A stretch of DNA of 63,462 nucleotides, filler included, from Stramenopiles sp. TOSAG23-6 (GCA_900128565.1; 22 parts of 22 records of this genome joined end to end with filler, not necessarily neighbours in it), one strand, 5' to 3'; counted from the whole stretch's first letter, positions 45,628-58,069 are shown. Notes: generated by a model not told the origin, from the letters alone. Numbers and translations: made by a program.

Positions 45628-48600
45628 AGGACCTGGTTGTGAAGTATCAAGTGTTAAAATTTTTACAGTAAAATGTCTTGAACAAAATTCAACAAATACG
45701 AAAACAAACCTTTTGCAAAAACTTTATCATGAAGCACTACGATCGCATTTGTTCGCATCTCTTTTGAACAAGGAAAAAGAAGCACTCGCTGCTGAAAGTT
45801 CGCCTTGTGATGTACATGGTGCAACTTTCAGTAATGTTATGGAGGAACCAAAAGGTATAAAATTCGAATTTCCACTCGAAGAATCGGAATTACCAAAAAC
45901 TATAACAAGAGATCAACAGCAGACTTTATTATCTGGATTTTCACACACGTTAGACTTATCTGCAAAGGTACTATCTTATATGAAGACAACATCAGTCGGA
46001 AAAATACTAAATGACAGTGTTGATACAGGTGGGTGTGCTCTCCACGAAACCAGAGACATATCTAAATTTACAAAAGAGCTTTCATCGTGTACACCAAACT
46101 TTGTATTGTGTATTCGACCCAATACATGTAGCGAAAAAGAAGAAAAAGATACTGAATTGTCAAAATTTGATGGTGCAATTGTGACGCAACAGATTCAGAG
46201 TTGGAATTTGAAGTCACTCATCACTGTTTGTTCAAAAGGTATGCCCTTTCGTATACCATTTAAAAAATTTCTCATTCGTTATCATATTTTTGCTCCGACG
46301 TATATGTTTCGTGACATCACTTTCGGTACTATACCTCAAGAATTGGTCATTGAATTATGTGCAAGATTAATTGATGTTATACATGGACAATCGATCTTAT
46401 TCAAAGGTGTAAAAATGGGTATGACTTGTGTTGTATTCCGCTCTGAAAAGACTCTTAAAATGCTTGAAAAAAGTCGAAATTTTGAAATAATGGGTGACGT
46501 TCTGAACACACAAAATTTCAAATTTGCAGAGTCAAAGCTTTTAGTGATTCAACGTACAGTAAAAGCTTGGGTGTACCGTCACAAAGCCGTATATCAACTA
46601 GGATTATTGCATCAAATGCGAGTAGCTTGGAAGAAGAAATCATTTGATGCATTAAAAAGTTCTCTTGCAGAAGCATCCATTGTTGAAAGTTCAATAATTT
46701 CAAAGAAAAAGCAACCATGGCCTTTCGCGACATATTTTTGTTCAGAAATGAAATTACGAAGAAAACAAATGGCTGATCTTGAAGAACGACAAAGGATGGG
46801 AATAACTGTTGAGCATCTTATGGATGGTGATGCGTACGCTAGACTAGAGGAATTTGGTGATGCCTTAGATCAATGTAACAAAGTAGGATTGATAAATCAG
46901 AATGTGTATTGGTTAAAGAAGGAATACAAAATTGCTTTAAATCGACGTAAAGCTGAAAATTTAATGACAGAAGGCCTGAGAAATTTTGACAAAAAGAAAA
47001 TTCTCGTCGCCACAGAGCTTGCACAGAGACCTGATATGCGAACAAAATATGGAGAAATTTTTGCTGATCAAGTCGAAGAATTAGGTAAAGTGTTGGAAGT
47101 TATACAAAAAGAAATTCCTATTTTCGAGGAACTCGAGCATCTTCTCAGTATAGGCTGTATACGAGGTCAACCGGGTAACCTTGATACATCCTCAGTCACA
47201 TCTGAGACTGAAAAACTTCTGAATAATGTAGTTGTATCTCTGAAATGTATTCCTGGAGGTATAAAGTCAATGAGAAGTAAGATTTTAGTACGATCTGCCC
47301 ATCTCATCCAAGAAATAAGAAAATATTTGTTGGAGGAAAATGATGAAATGATTGAAGACTGTCTACGTCGATTTTCGAAACGTGAAACTTCTAATTGTGT
47401 GAAAACGGAGTTTAACTTAATTAGAAAAGATTTTGAAAATCGAAAAGTAAAAAAGGTTTTGTGTAATATTTTAGAGACTGGTAAAGTTTCTGGTGTGTAT
47501 GGATCTGTCGATACAGACAATATTAATGTAGAAAAACTGAAACTTGCTATTAAAGAAGCATCTGAAGTTGCGGTTTCCGAGCGTTTACAAGGTATGTTTT
47601 TTTTTTTTTTATGAAATTTTTTTTTATAGGAAATTTTGTACCTAACAATTTTTTTTATATTTTTTTTTGAAATATTTTTCCAAAATACAGACACATCGAC
47701 TTTACTAGCTGCTGTATCGGGTGTTGTTCGATGTAGAATTGCGTTGAAGGCTGCGTTCGATTCGCAACAAAAATTAGATGAACTTATTGATATACAAGAA
47801 AAGAAGTTGATCGGTGAGAGATTTGAAGAAGAAAAAGGCGTTTTCGATATTTTGGATAGTGAGCTTACAATAGAGAAACTAGAAATGACCAAAATATTAG
47901 GCACCCTTAATGAAGAAGAAATACAAAATTTTCGTGCTGGTGTAGAAAATCGAAAAATGCAACAAGATCATTTTGATAAAATATCTAAGGCTAAACATGC
48001 TATTGCGTGGGAGAAAAAAAAGGAGAGCATGCAATTGGACGTGAAACTTTCCTGGGAGAGATTGAAATTCATGTTATTAGAAGCTGTCGCATCGTATCAA
48101 CACCAACTTACAAAAGAAGAAATTAAATTGATTGAGCATATTTGGGAAGAACACGATGTAAGTGATCAATTTCTCAGGTATCTTCGTATAGGTATGGGAA
48201 CAGGTCCTGTTGGAGAAATGGATACATCCTTAATAGACACCAACAAATTAGATCTTACAATGAAACGCGCTGATGCACTTGAAAACTTATCAGAGGAAAC
48301 TCGAATGTTGCAGCGAAATTCGCGAGTCATTTTCAAGCTTAGAGTTGCTTTAAAAAGTGGCACTTGGTCAGATGTTGTTGGTGTGATTTCAAACTATCGC
48401 TTTGACGTAAAATGTGATCCGTATAATGCATTAGTTCTTCCTCATTCAGATGCAGAAGTTGACCGAGCATTTTTAGAGTGGCAATATTTTAATGAAATAG
48501 ATAGATTGACAGTGGCGCTAGAAACTGGTGGAGGCAAAGGAGATATAGGTAGCATGGATTACCGAGATGTATCTACTAAAGTTTTAGGTACAGCAATAGA

Positions 48601-50794
48601 ATTTTCTGAATTAGCAAAGGTTAATTCCGATATTATTCGCAAATTAATAGAGCAAGCAAAAGCAGTTAAACGAATCAGGGAATATTTACAAAGCGGTGAT
48701 ACAGAGTCAGCTCGACAATCATGTGACGAATCAAGGAATTCTGAACTAGCCAATTCAGAGATAATCAATGTTGGAGAAGATTTAGGGCATAAAAAGATAG
48801 TCAGTATTTTAGAAGAGATATTGAAAGCAGATGGTGTTTGCGGAACACCAGAAGAAATGGATGTTTTCCCAATGAGTATTGTTGTCTTGGAAAAAGGTAT
48901 TAAACAGGTAAAACATATTCAGTGTAATACTGTTGTAAGTCGTGATCTCATCCTTCTTGCTGAGTACCTCTTGGGGTTACGAAAGGCTGTTAATATGGAA
49001 GAGCCCGAGAATGATTATTTGATAGAAGGAAAATGGAAGATGTTGTATGATATGATGCAAGATCCTCTCGCCACTCTAGTTCCAGTTTTTGCAAAAGATG
49101 ATATTGCCGTCATCGGAGTTGCTGTCACAAATAGATTGCTGCAGTCTAAGTTGGCAATAGCATTAACCAGGAATAGAGCAACTGGTTCTCCAGGCGCAAT
49201 GAACACACAAAATATTTCTATTGATGAATTAGAAAAGGAATTAGGTAGAGTAAATGCATTTAATCATCTTACCCAAAAGACAAAATCATTAATACGAACA
49301 GTGAGGAAGATACAAAAACTAAGAACATGCTTACAAACACGTGATTGGGACTCATTAGAGTCTGTGCTGATTAGCATGGATGGATTACAGGTTCCTGCTG
49401 TATGCCGCCCAGAAATTCACCATGCGTATAGCCAATTAGAATTCAATAATGTATCTGAAAATCTTGAAAAAGCTTTACGTAATGGACAACCTAAAGGCGC
49501 AATTGGCATGATGGACACAGAAGGAATTTTGACAACTGAACTTGATCGAGCTATAGCAACTGCCATGGATGTTGAATCCAAGGGTGAAATCTTGCAGAAA
49601 ATATTAGTTTCGGCTGTACTAATTCGACGACTGCGTGTGGCGACTCATCAGCTTAAGTGGAAAGCTGTACAGCAACTAATTAAGTTTACAGAGCGACCAG
49701 ACATTGAAATTATAGATGATATAAAAGCTGAAGTTAGACGTTATTCTCAAGAGCTTCAAGGCAGAGCTCTGGTGGCTGAACTTGATCGTGGAATTGAAGA
49801 ATATGATATTTTGAGCTTGCAAGGCACAGTTGATCAAGCTCGTGTTTCTGGTCTAGATACTACAAATAGCCCAATAATTCAAAAGTATTTAAATGCTTCT
49901 GCAACTTATCTATCAAACTTAAAAAATAAAAATGATATTGGTAAATATGCATCACAGAATAGAAAAGTAGAAGAAATAAAACAAAATTTGCAGGGAGTGT
50001 CCAATGCAGATTTCAATATTACTACCAATAAAACTGAACAAATAAATCAATTACTCGGATTGGAAGAAGGCGAGTTACTTCAAAAAAGGCTAGTCGCAGC
50101 AATAACAGTAAATGACGTTCGCCGTATTGCACAAATAACCAAAGAAATGAAGGATATTTACTTTCAGAATCATGGCTTTTCAAGTTTTCGAGTTTCACTA
50201 TACCCAGATCTAAAAACACCATTACAGTACGCAAAATCAGTACAGTGCAGAAAACTTAATAATCAACGAAATTGGAAAGAGTCACACAAAACATTAATTA
50301 ATGAGGGCAAGAAAATGATGCATTTTACAGAATCTTATTTAAATACATCACTATCACATTTACCAGAAAAAACACCCAAAAGTAGTGCAATACGATCCTT
50401 CAGTGCATTTCTTCGATATTCACGTGATCCCTTTTCAAATCCATTAGTTGAGGATGTTGCGATTATAATAGGAATGTGTATCCGTCAACCAGCTCTTCGC
50501 GATGAAGTGTATCTCCAAATCATAAAACAATGCACAAAAAATCCAAATAAGGAAAGTTTAATGAGATACTGTAAATTATTAGATATTTGTCTGGAGTGTT
50601 TTCCTCCATCAGAAGATTTTGAGAATTTTCTTGAAGCTTTTATCAGACAAAATATGGATGGAACTGATAAATTATTAAAACTTCATGTAATTTTATTTGT
50701 AGGTCGCCAAGGTACACATCCTCCATCGGATGCTCAAGTACGAGCATTAATGAAAAAGTACAGCCCTAACAAGCCCATTGAATTAGCTTCATGA
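45628..50794 (+). CDS. Unconventional myosin: divergent motor C-terminus, IQ, repeat tail, MyTH4 (5' truncated)
   Basis: CTPNFVLCIRPN, GMPFRIPFKKFLIRY, MGMTCVVFR, IQ-like IQRTVKAW and MyTH4 LRDEVYLQIIKQCTKNP..CFPPS. Confidence 0.88.
47592..47690 (+). other. Family intron, GT-AG, 99 nt
   Basis: caAG|GTATG..GTACCTAAC..CCAAAATACAG|ac; joins ORFs 45713 and 47636. Confidence 0.88.
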
Positions 50795-50959
50795 GAAATC
50801 GAAAATCTAGAAATCTAGAAATTGAAAATTCCGATTGCGTTGAAAAATGTTGTTTAGAGTAATTATAAAAGTAGATTTCTATCAATTTTGAAACATGTTT
50901 AAGAATTTTTTTAATACATTAAGTCGATCTTTCTATATATAATCATAATTTTTCAGTAA

Positions 50960-51060
50960 GTGCAACTGGGCTGGCGCTGCGACTGTGAAGAATCAACTGA
51001 AGTTTGGCGATCTTGTGCCGATGTTACAATTGTACAGAAAGACAAGAGTAATAGTGAAAA
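50960..51060 (+). pseudogene. Orphan fragment resembling the C-terminus of a eukaryotic LPMO-like protein
   Basis: QLGWRCDCEESTEVWRSCADVTI resembles the WRWDCE..QVW..CADI motif; preceded by TAA, with no upstream exons. Confidence 0.4.
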
Positions 51061-51190
51061 TTTATTTAGTATACAAGAAATTGGCTCATTTCTGAAGAAA
51101 ATTCATCTTTTTTTTTTTTTTTTTTTTTTTGTTCAGGTACAAAATTTTAAATTTCGTATGAAAAAAACCGTACAATTGTTAGAGATCTTC

Positions 51191-51426
51191 TTATGAGACC
51201 CATTTAAAGAATTTGCACGCGACACTTTTCTTGTTTTCAAAAATACCACATCTATAAAACAATCGACCTCTATTAATATCTGTTTTTTTCGACAAAGGTT
51301 TAACTAAAACTCGAGCAGTATATCCACACCTACATTTCGGTGCATTCTTTTCTGCTTCAGCGATTTCTACTTTCATTTTATTTTTTTTCAATATAAGAGT
51401 ATGTTTTTGAATTGGAGATTTTGAAC
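51191..51426 (-). CDS. GRF-type zinc finger, C-terminal fragment
   Basis: PKCRCG..A..NRGRLFYRC..CKFFKW. Confidence 0.8.
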
Positions 51427-52653
51427 GATTTCTAGATTTTCGATTTCTCATGAAGCTAATTCAATGGGCTTGTTANNNNNNNNNNNNNNNNNNNNNNNNN
51501 NNNNNNNNNNNNNNNNNNNTTAATTAATTAANNNNNNNNNNNNNNNNNNNNNNNNNNNNNNNNNNNNNNNNNNNNGGGCCGGAAAAAATAATCTTTTTCC
51601 ATTGAACAGCAACACAGTATAGAAAACAAAAATGGAAAACATCACCGCCGACGAAGCTTTTTTTAATTATTTTAAGCTGAAAACCCGCGAAAGGACAAGG
51701 TCCATAAACCCTAATAATAAACCTTCGTGATTGTGTTATAGTTAGGGTTGAATTTTGAAACCCTACTTCAAAAAAACTTTTTTTTTGCTAAATTAGCTAA
51801 ACATCGCACAGCACAGATACTATTGCCTGTTATTGTGTACATGCAATACCATAAGCAACGATGTTTAATAAAAAAATTCTAAATAGAGGGTCAACAGGCA
51901 CAGGGGCTGATTTATTGCAGGTAACAGGGACAGCATGGGTTATCCGACTTTCGAATGATGTGCCAATGTTATAGTTTTTAGCGGGTCGTTAGCACGCTGG
52001 GAATTTGGCCCGGCACCTCAAGCCTGTGTAATGTATTTTCGTCACTAACATACTCACAGTATGTTAAATATATTCGAGATATTTCACCCTTAGAGATATT
52101 ATTTTACAGTACGTGTATATCGTACTTACCGAAGATGGGATTTTCATTATTAGACGACTATACAATTATTTATATTAATCAATGCTGTGTTGTTATTATT
52201 AATTTTATAAAACTACAAAACTCGGAAAGAATAATCACGAAAAGAAGTTGGATTAAAGCTCGGCGGAGAAAAGAGGGGGGGGACTCTGCTAATTGTCGCC
52301 AGCATGATGAGTATTACTACTACTAATTGTCGCCAGCAAGAGAATAACTATTCGTTTTGCATTGTAATGTATTTTGATAGGGAATATTACTACATAGGCA
52401 TATCATTGGGCGGCAGGTTTCCAAATTTTCTCCAAATAAAAAGCACTTGTTGAATATAGTAATAATGTAGATTGATTGACACCAAGAAGAAATACCAAAT
52501 ACGAAAAGACCACACTTGATTGTGAACATTTAGACTAACTACATATGGTGTTAACTCAAATCTTGTAGTTATTTTTATGGCTTTTGGGTTATAATTATAG
52601 TATTTCTTTTCTGGTTCCCTGTATGTAGTCATATAGCATAGAAGAACGAGAGA

Positions 52654-55386
52654 ATGTTTCTTATGACTGCAAAACGAACATGGCTTTTAGCCGTGGCTAC
52701 CCTGCTCTACCACTTGGCGTCTTGCAGGGGTCTGGAGCACGGGAGTGTGTCCAAGAGTGCCGCTTCACTTACACTGTTGGGCAAGAATAGGAAAACGTTA
52801 GCGTCGACTTCTGGGGGACATGCAAGGAGGCATTTTAGTTCCTCTTTGAGTGCAAAGGACAACCGTTTGTGTGTCACGACCGCTGAGAAATATATTGAGT
52901 GCCTTGAGCGCAAGAGAGGCAATTTGTGGGACTTTAAAGCATACGATCCCGCAGGGAGGACGCAGAAAGAGTTGCTAGAAAAACCGTCTACCTGCGCTTC
53001 AAAACCGAAAGGCCAAAACGGGCCTGTCTGCTGTGATGGTAAAATGCATAAGTGTCATTTGTATTCTGGGGGGATACAGTGTTTGGGAGATGACTCCGAG
53101 GGCCAATCGAACAGTCATAAAATTAAGAATGCATCCAATGGGAAGTTCGTGTCTGTCGACTGTGGCGATTGGCATACTTGCGGTGTCACGAGTACAGGAG
53201 CGATAGAATGTTTCGGTTTAGATTATAGCCGCCAAGCTAATGGGGGAAAACCTAAAACAGCACTGAATGGAAAATTTGTCCAAGTTAGTGCCAGCGGCAA
53301 ATACACGTGTGGACTGACAGACCATGGGACGGTTGAATGTTTTGGGCAAGGCGCACCGAATGTTTTTGACTACAGCCCGCTTTACTACATATCGTCCCCG
53401 TCAGGCTTTGTTCACAAACGCGGAAAACTAATAGAATGCCCAAGGGGTACATTTTCAAACGGAAATCAAACAAACTGCACCAAATGTCCCGACAATAAAC
53501 CGTTGTCGAGCCTACAGGCAAAGTCAATGCACGAATGCAGAAAAGTCCCACCCGGACATGGCTTCAATAGGATTCTCGGTAAACTGTTTAGTTGTGACTA
53601 CGGCGAGTACAACACAGGAAATGACGTAACTTGTAAAAAGTGCCCAAACGACAGGATAAAATCGCCAAAAGGATCCGAATCTCAAGCGCAATGTACGGCC
53701 GTTCCCGCCGGATATGAATATAAAGGTGGCAAAGAAACGCGATGTCTTGGGGGGACGTATTCTTTTGGAAATCAATTCGAATGCTCATGGTGTCCCCCTG
53801 AAAGACCTAATTCTCCTGCTGGTTCAAAATCCGATAGAGAGTGTAAGTCATCTTTAGGTGAAATCAACGCACTGTTGAAATCGGTGGAGGGGATGAAGGA
53901 AGGGCAGAATGATATTTCGATAAAAACTTCACGTCTGTGGCAAAGAGAGCAAATACGAATGCACCACGATAGAATGATGGACGGACGCAAAGATCTAGAC
54001 AACAAGAAAGAAAAGGTTGCATGTGAAGACGAACGCAGAAACGGGAACATCGTCTTTCCTGCCATTGAAATTGAAAACGAGATTGAGAAGGTTGAAGGTA
54101 CTACCTGCATCGATACAAATCGTGATGAAATGCTTAAATCATTTTGTAGTTTCACAACTGACTTAGACAATTTATTTCTAATNCAAAACATCCAAAAAGA
54201 AGCCAAGGCCTTCTGGCCCAATATCTGTTGCAAGGAACGAAGGGATGCAGCAGTGGAAGTGTGTGAAGATCCAAGTGGCAAAAAAAAACGTGGTGAGATT
54301 GTGCCCTTTGCTCTGTCGTCGGGTGGGAACTATAGTCGACATAATTTGTATGTGGAAGTGGCGGATACAATTAAACAGAATGGTTATTTGCATAAAGGAA
54401 TGAATCGATTAATCGATACCCTTCCAAGCATCGGAAAGCAGAAGAAACGTGCGATGAAACGTCTGATTGGAACATTTTTCAACGACGTCTCGCTGTGCGG
54501 CCCACGTATTATAGATGCACCAGATGCGAAAGACAAAAAGAAATTGTGTGAACTCTTTATCCCGTATAATCATGCCATGACAAGTTTCTTCGAAATGATT
54601 GAACGCCTGTACATGAAACCGACGCAGGCATCCTTTCTAGAAACTATGGAAATGTCTTTAGACTTACGACAGCAATTCCCGCCTCGTCTGGGCAAGAATA
54701 GGAATGTTGGTGCGATGATGCAGGTAAAGAAAAAGGACACAAAGACAACTTGTAGTACCGGAAGTCGATATGGTAGTCGATCAAAATTAGCTAGGAAGAA
54801 GGAAGACTTCTGCAAAGGTTACAAGCATCTAGACTTGAGCGATACCAGAATCAAAAACATTGCCGTCCAGTATCTGAAAAATGATATAACCTTGAGTGAT
54901 CAAGAAATGTTTAGCCTCTCGCACCGCATGCGCTATCAAGTTAAAGACACATCGTGCCCATCCCCTCTGTTCACCGCGAACGACATTTCCATCCAGCAGG
55001 TTGCCATGGATGCGTTGGGAACAGAAAAGGAATGGGTCGCCGTGGTGAATTTGAATACGAAGGATGACGATGGCTATTTACAGAGTGAATTGCCGTACTG
55101 TGAGGAAAGATCGTATCTTATTGGTACCAGCGTTAGCGTGAAAGCTTATGTGGATAGCGGAAATTATTGTGGAAAGTTAGTAGATTACAATGAATGCAGA
55201 AGTAAATGCTTAGCAGAATGTCGTGCTGGCAACTGTCGCAAAACATGCGCCAAAAAATTGGTACAACTGAAAAACAGACAGGACAAGCATTATTCCAAAG
55301 AAGTGGTGCTGATGGGAACGCAATACACCGTTAGTAGTATTAGTAAGAGGAGGCGGTTGCTGTATTCGCATCAAAGTGGGTGTTAG
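52654..55386 (+). CDS. Secreted protein with RCC1-like repeats and ephrin-receptor-like Cys-rich repeats
   Basis: Signal peptide; VDCGDWHTCGVTSTGAIECFG repeats; CPRGTFS..CTKCP repeats; coiled coil; C-terminal RRRLLYSHQSGC. Confidence 0.8.
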   Translation: MFLMTAKRTWLLAVATLLYHLASCRGLEHGSVSKSAASLTLLGKNRKTLASTSGGHARRHFSSSLSAKDNRLCVTTAEKYIECLERKRGNLWDFKAYDPAGRTQKELLEKPSTCASKPKGQNGPVCCDGKMHKCHLYSGGIQCLGDDSEGQSNSHKIKNASNGKFVSVDCGDWHTCGVTSTGAIECFGLDYSRQANGGKPKTALNGKFVQVSASGKYTCGLTDHGTVECFGQGAPNVFDYSPLYYISSPSGFVHKRGKLIECPRGTFSNGNQTNCTKCPDNKPLSSLQAKSMHECRKVPPGHGFNRILGKLFSCDYGEYNTGNDVTCKKCPNDRIKSPKGSESQAQCTAVPAGYEYKGGKETRCLGGTYSFGNQFECSWCPPERPNSPAGSKSDRECKSSLGEINALLKSVEGMKEGQNDISIKTSRLWQREQIRMHHDRMMDGRKDLDNKKEKVACEDERRNGNIVFPAIEIENEIEKVEGTTCIDTNRDEMLKSFCSFTTDLDNLFLXQNIQKEAKAFWPNICCKERRDAAVEVCEDPSGKKKRGEIVPFALSSGGNYSRHNLYVEVADTIKQNGYLHKGMNRLIDTLPSIGKQKKRAMKRLIGTFFNDVSLCGPRIIDAPDAKDKKKLCELFIPYNHAMTSFFEMIERLYMKPTQASFLETMEMSLDLRQQFPPRLGKNRNVGAMMQVKKKDTKTTCSTGSRYGSRSKLARKKEDFCKGYKHLDLSDTRIKNIAVQYLKNDITLSDQEMFSLSHRMRYQVKDTSCPSPLFTANDISIQQVAMDALGTEKEWVAVVNLNTKDDDGYLQSELPYCEERSYLIGTSVSVKAYVDSGNYCGKLVDYNECRSKCLAECRAGNCRKTCAKKLVQLKNRQDKHYSKEVVLMGTQYTVSSISKRRRLLYSHQSGC

Positions 55387-55535
55387 AAAGAACAAAACTG
55401 ACTATTTTTCAGTTATGCTTTATTTATAATCCCAACACCTCGCAGCACACGAGCGTGTAAATAAAATTAATTTATCTTGAAAAATTCTTAAAACACTGAA
55501 TTTAAGTTCTTAGGATTTTTACTTTTTACACCTAT

Positions 55536-57425
55536 TCAATTCAGCGAGAGAGTGGCGGACCGTTCCCTCTGAGACTCAGCCCCGAATTGAGTGGGTCCTG
55601 GATTGCAGTACGCTTCTTCAAGCTTCCATTTCTGTAACATTATCCTTAGGTGTTGAAACGCCTTCCCCTGCTTTACATCCACAACAACTGGACTATATTC
55701 CCCACGGCAAGTGTCAAGATTAATGCGCACCAACGCTAGTAATGGAACAACTTGAGGGGTCCAATTGTTTTCTACATCACTGGCAGCTAGGTTTCTGATG
55801 GTGCAGATCGAGCCAGTCAAATCTTTCCGGCTTAGCGCATAGGCAGCAGTCCTGCCCAAAGCATTGCCGTACATGCAATCAAACTCGGTCGGAAACCCAC
55901 AACGAGCTTGGTACCCAAAAAAGTGAGTGAGAGCCCCGAATTTTCCATTGTACGTTCCATTGTCGGAACGGCGTTTCATCTCTTTTTTCACTAGGTCAAG
56001 CAACAATTTTTCTGTTTCGATCTGGGACAATTCCAAGGTGCCATGAATTTCACGCTTCATTATTTTTTCTTGAATAAAACCCGGTAAATACTCAAAAAGC
56101 ATTCGTTGCCACGGTTTCAAGAGTCGCAACGTTTCCTCCAAGCCAGCGTTGAGATGCTCAGCACCTATGTTCTTTAGCTCCGTTAGAAGGCTGGCAACTT
56201 CAGGAATGAAGGTAAGAAGGCCTTCAGGAATCAGAATTACCCCAAACTGTTTACCCTGCAGCGATCGTAGACAGACCATGTCCGCAATTTCAGTCACAAT
56301 CATTGAGAGTGTTTTCTGATTTTCCCAAATGTCTTCGCCAATCAACACTGCGTTAGGACAACACTGCAGCCCTACTTCAAGGACCATGTGGCTTGGTCTA
56401 CGGCCCATCATTCTTAAAAAGTAAAAGTACTTCTTGTTGGAGTTGCAATCGGTTGCAATATTACCACATAGCTGAGAACAAACCCTGCTCGCAGAATGAA
56501 ACCCAACGGTTTCTTCTACGTACTTGTTTATCATGTCCCGGTCTATAGTTGCGGGTATCGCAGTCACCGCAGTAGAGGTACCTTGTGCCAACATGTATTC
56601 CGCCAAAGACAGCGTATCTGACGCGGTGTAAGTCCCACCTACACACACCAAACCATCAAGCGATAATTTGAGACAGGTTGCATTGATTGCTTTTAGCTGC
56701 TCTTCCTTGTACATTTGGTCGACAGACCTTCCAAGCACGTCTACACCACCAGTATTTCGAAAATCTTCAAAAAGTTCCTCCGTAATCTCAACGCACTCCC
56801 CTTTGAACAGTCCGAGGGTTCCATTTTTGAACCCGTAAAGAACGGCATCCTGGTTCAATAGTTTCAGTGCATTATACAAGCCCTCAACGATGTTGTGGGC
56901 GCCAGGGCAGGGACGCCCGCAGAAAACAACCCCTACACGTTTGCAGGGGGATCCTGCTGCTTTGGCTTCACCAATTCCCAGATTTTCTCCTCCAGTATGC
57001 AGCTCATACACGGCGTCACTATTTGTGATTAGGTTTGGATACAGCTTGCTGAACTGCGAAGTAGCAGAATTGTCCACTGGCGTCGTCTCCGTTTGCACAA
57101 ATCTGAAAGCGTTGGAATGAAGCACACGTGGACTCTTGACCGCGTGGGCCACCCTGGTGCGAACGAACGGGAGGCTTAACGTCGCTTCCGAATCTCTGTT
57201 AGTTCCACCAACCTTGTCTCCGACTCTTTGCCGTTTTACAGGACGAGAGTTGCTTTCATTTTCGGACAAACCCCCACGCTGTTCCAGTTCAAGCCTCAGC
57301 ATAATGCTTATGTCTGCGGCCCACTTGGTAGCCTCAAACTGGATCGGGCCCGGACTTCGATACTTGTCGTGGAGTTTCCACTGTTCCCTGCTCTTTGCAA
57401 ACGTCAGAAACGGCTTCCCGGTCAA
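55536..57425 (-). CDS. Pyrophosphate-dependent phosphofructokinase, C-terminal half of a two-domain fusion
   Basis: YRSPGPIQF ends the first PFK half; the second half has GVVFCGRPCPGAHN, IPATID.D, YFLRMMGR, HFFGYQARC and YCNPGPTQF. Confidence 0.9.
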   Translation of the reverse strand: MTGKPFLTFAKSREQWKLHDKYRSPGPIQFEATKWAADISIMLRLELEQRGGLSENESNSRPVKRQRVGDKVGGTNRDSEATLSLPFVRTRVAHAVKSPRVLHSNAFRFVQTETTPVDNSATSQFSKLYPNLITNSDAVYELHTGGENLGIGEAKAAGSPCKRVGVVFCGRPCPGAHNIVEGLYNALKLLNQDAVLYGFKNGTLGLFKGECVEITEELFEDFRNTGGVDVLGRSVDQMYKEEQLKAINATCLKLSLDGLVCVGGTYTASDTLSLAEYMLAQGTSTAVTAIPATIDRDMINKYVEETVGFHSASRVCSQLCGNIATDCNSNKKYFYFLRMMGRRPSHMVLEVGLQCCPNAVLIGEDIWENQKTLSMIVTEIADMVCLRSLQGKQFGVILIPEGLLTFIPEVASLLTELKNIGAEHLNAGLEETLRLLKPWQRMLFEYLPGFIQEKIMKREIHGTLELSQIETEKLLLDLVKKEMKRRSDNGTYNGKFGALTHFFGYQARCGFPTEFDCMYGNALGRTAAYALSRKDLTGSICTIRNLAASDVENNWTPQVVPLLALVRINLDTCRGEYSPVVVDVKQGKAFQHLRIMLQKWKLEEAYCNPGPTQFGAESQRERSATLSLN

Positions 57426-57805
57426 GATTGGTGACGGGGCGATTATTGGGGCAGGTACTGTAGTGACAAANNNNNNNNNNNNNNNNNNNNNNNNNNNNNN
57501 NNNNNNNNNNNNNNTTAATTAATTAANNNNNNNNNNNNNNNNNNNNNNNNNNNNNNNNNNNNNNNNNNNNCACGGAATATCAACAGCCATCGGTTTCACA
57601 AACAAATGTTCCAAGAACTCATCTAAAAGAGTCTAGACAACATCGAGCACCACGACGAAGACATAATGGCAAGTCTAGACCACAGAGCGCAGCTCCTACG
57701 AGGGGAAAATCAAGACGAGGAAAGCAAGTAAGACCAACGACAGCATACCGTAAGAAAAAAATCATTTCGAAGAAAAAGAAAGAACCAATAACACCACGAT
57801 CTGCA

Positions 57806-58069
57806 ATGGAAGAAGTTGAAATGTTACGTAGACAACAAAACGCGCATTTATTATCGGTTCTCGAAGAGGAGCAACAAGCTGAGGCAATGCGAGAAGAAAA
57901 GCGGAAGAAGGTGACACTAAGTGGTGAAAAACGGAGAATTGATAAATTATTTGGTGTGGAACGTGCGAAAGCTTCGGAACGAATTATGAGAATAACTGAA
58001 GCGCATGAAAAAGAACTTGCCAGTAAAATGGCTGAACTAAATCTCGCTAGTCAGGTTATTGAAAATTGA
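57806..58069 (+). CDS. Small coiled-coil hypothetical protein (or last exon)
   Basis: LRRQQNAHLLSVLEEEQ..FGVERAKASERI. Confidence 0.6.
   Translation: MEEVEMLRRQQNAHLLSVLEEEQQAEAMREEKRKKVTLSGEKRRIDKLFGVERAKASERIMRITEAHEKELASKMAELNLASQVIEN

Noticed and set aside
50767-51475. Perfect 49-bp inverted repeat (50767-50815 / 51427-51475) as transposon TIRs
   Set aside because: One arm is the myosin 3' end and the other sits at the contig end, fused to an unrelated GRF fragment. This pattern is typical of an amplification inversion chimera.
57421-57470. VKIGDGAIIGAGTVVT hexapeptide-repeat peptide on the plus strand abutting PFK
   Set aside because: It is 50 nt at a contig end and abruptly replaces the PFK frame, so it is probably a chimeric join to foreign DNA rather than an overlapping gene.
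5973-57570. Regularly spaced TTAATTAATTAA flanked by Ns, resembling a repeat array
   Set aside because: It is an artificial all-frame-stop contig spacer. ORFs ending in 'XXXLIN' and gene neighbourhoods across spacers have no biological meaning.
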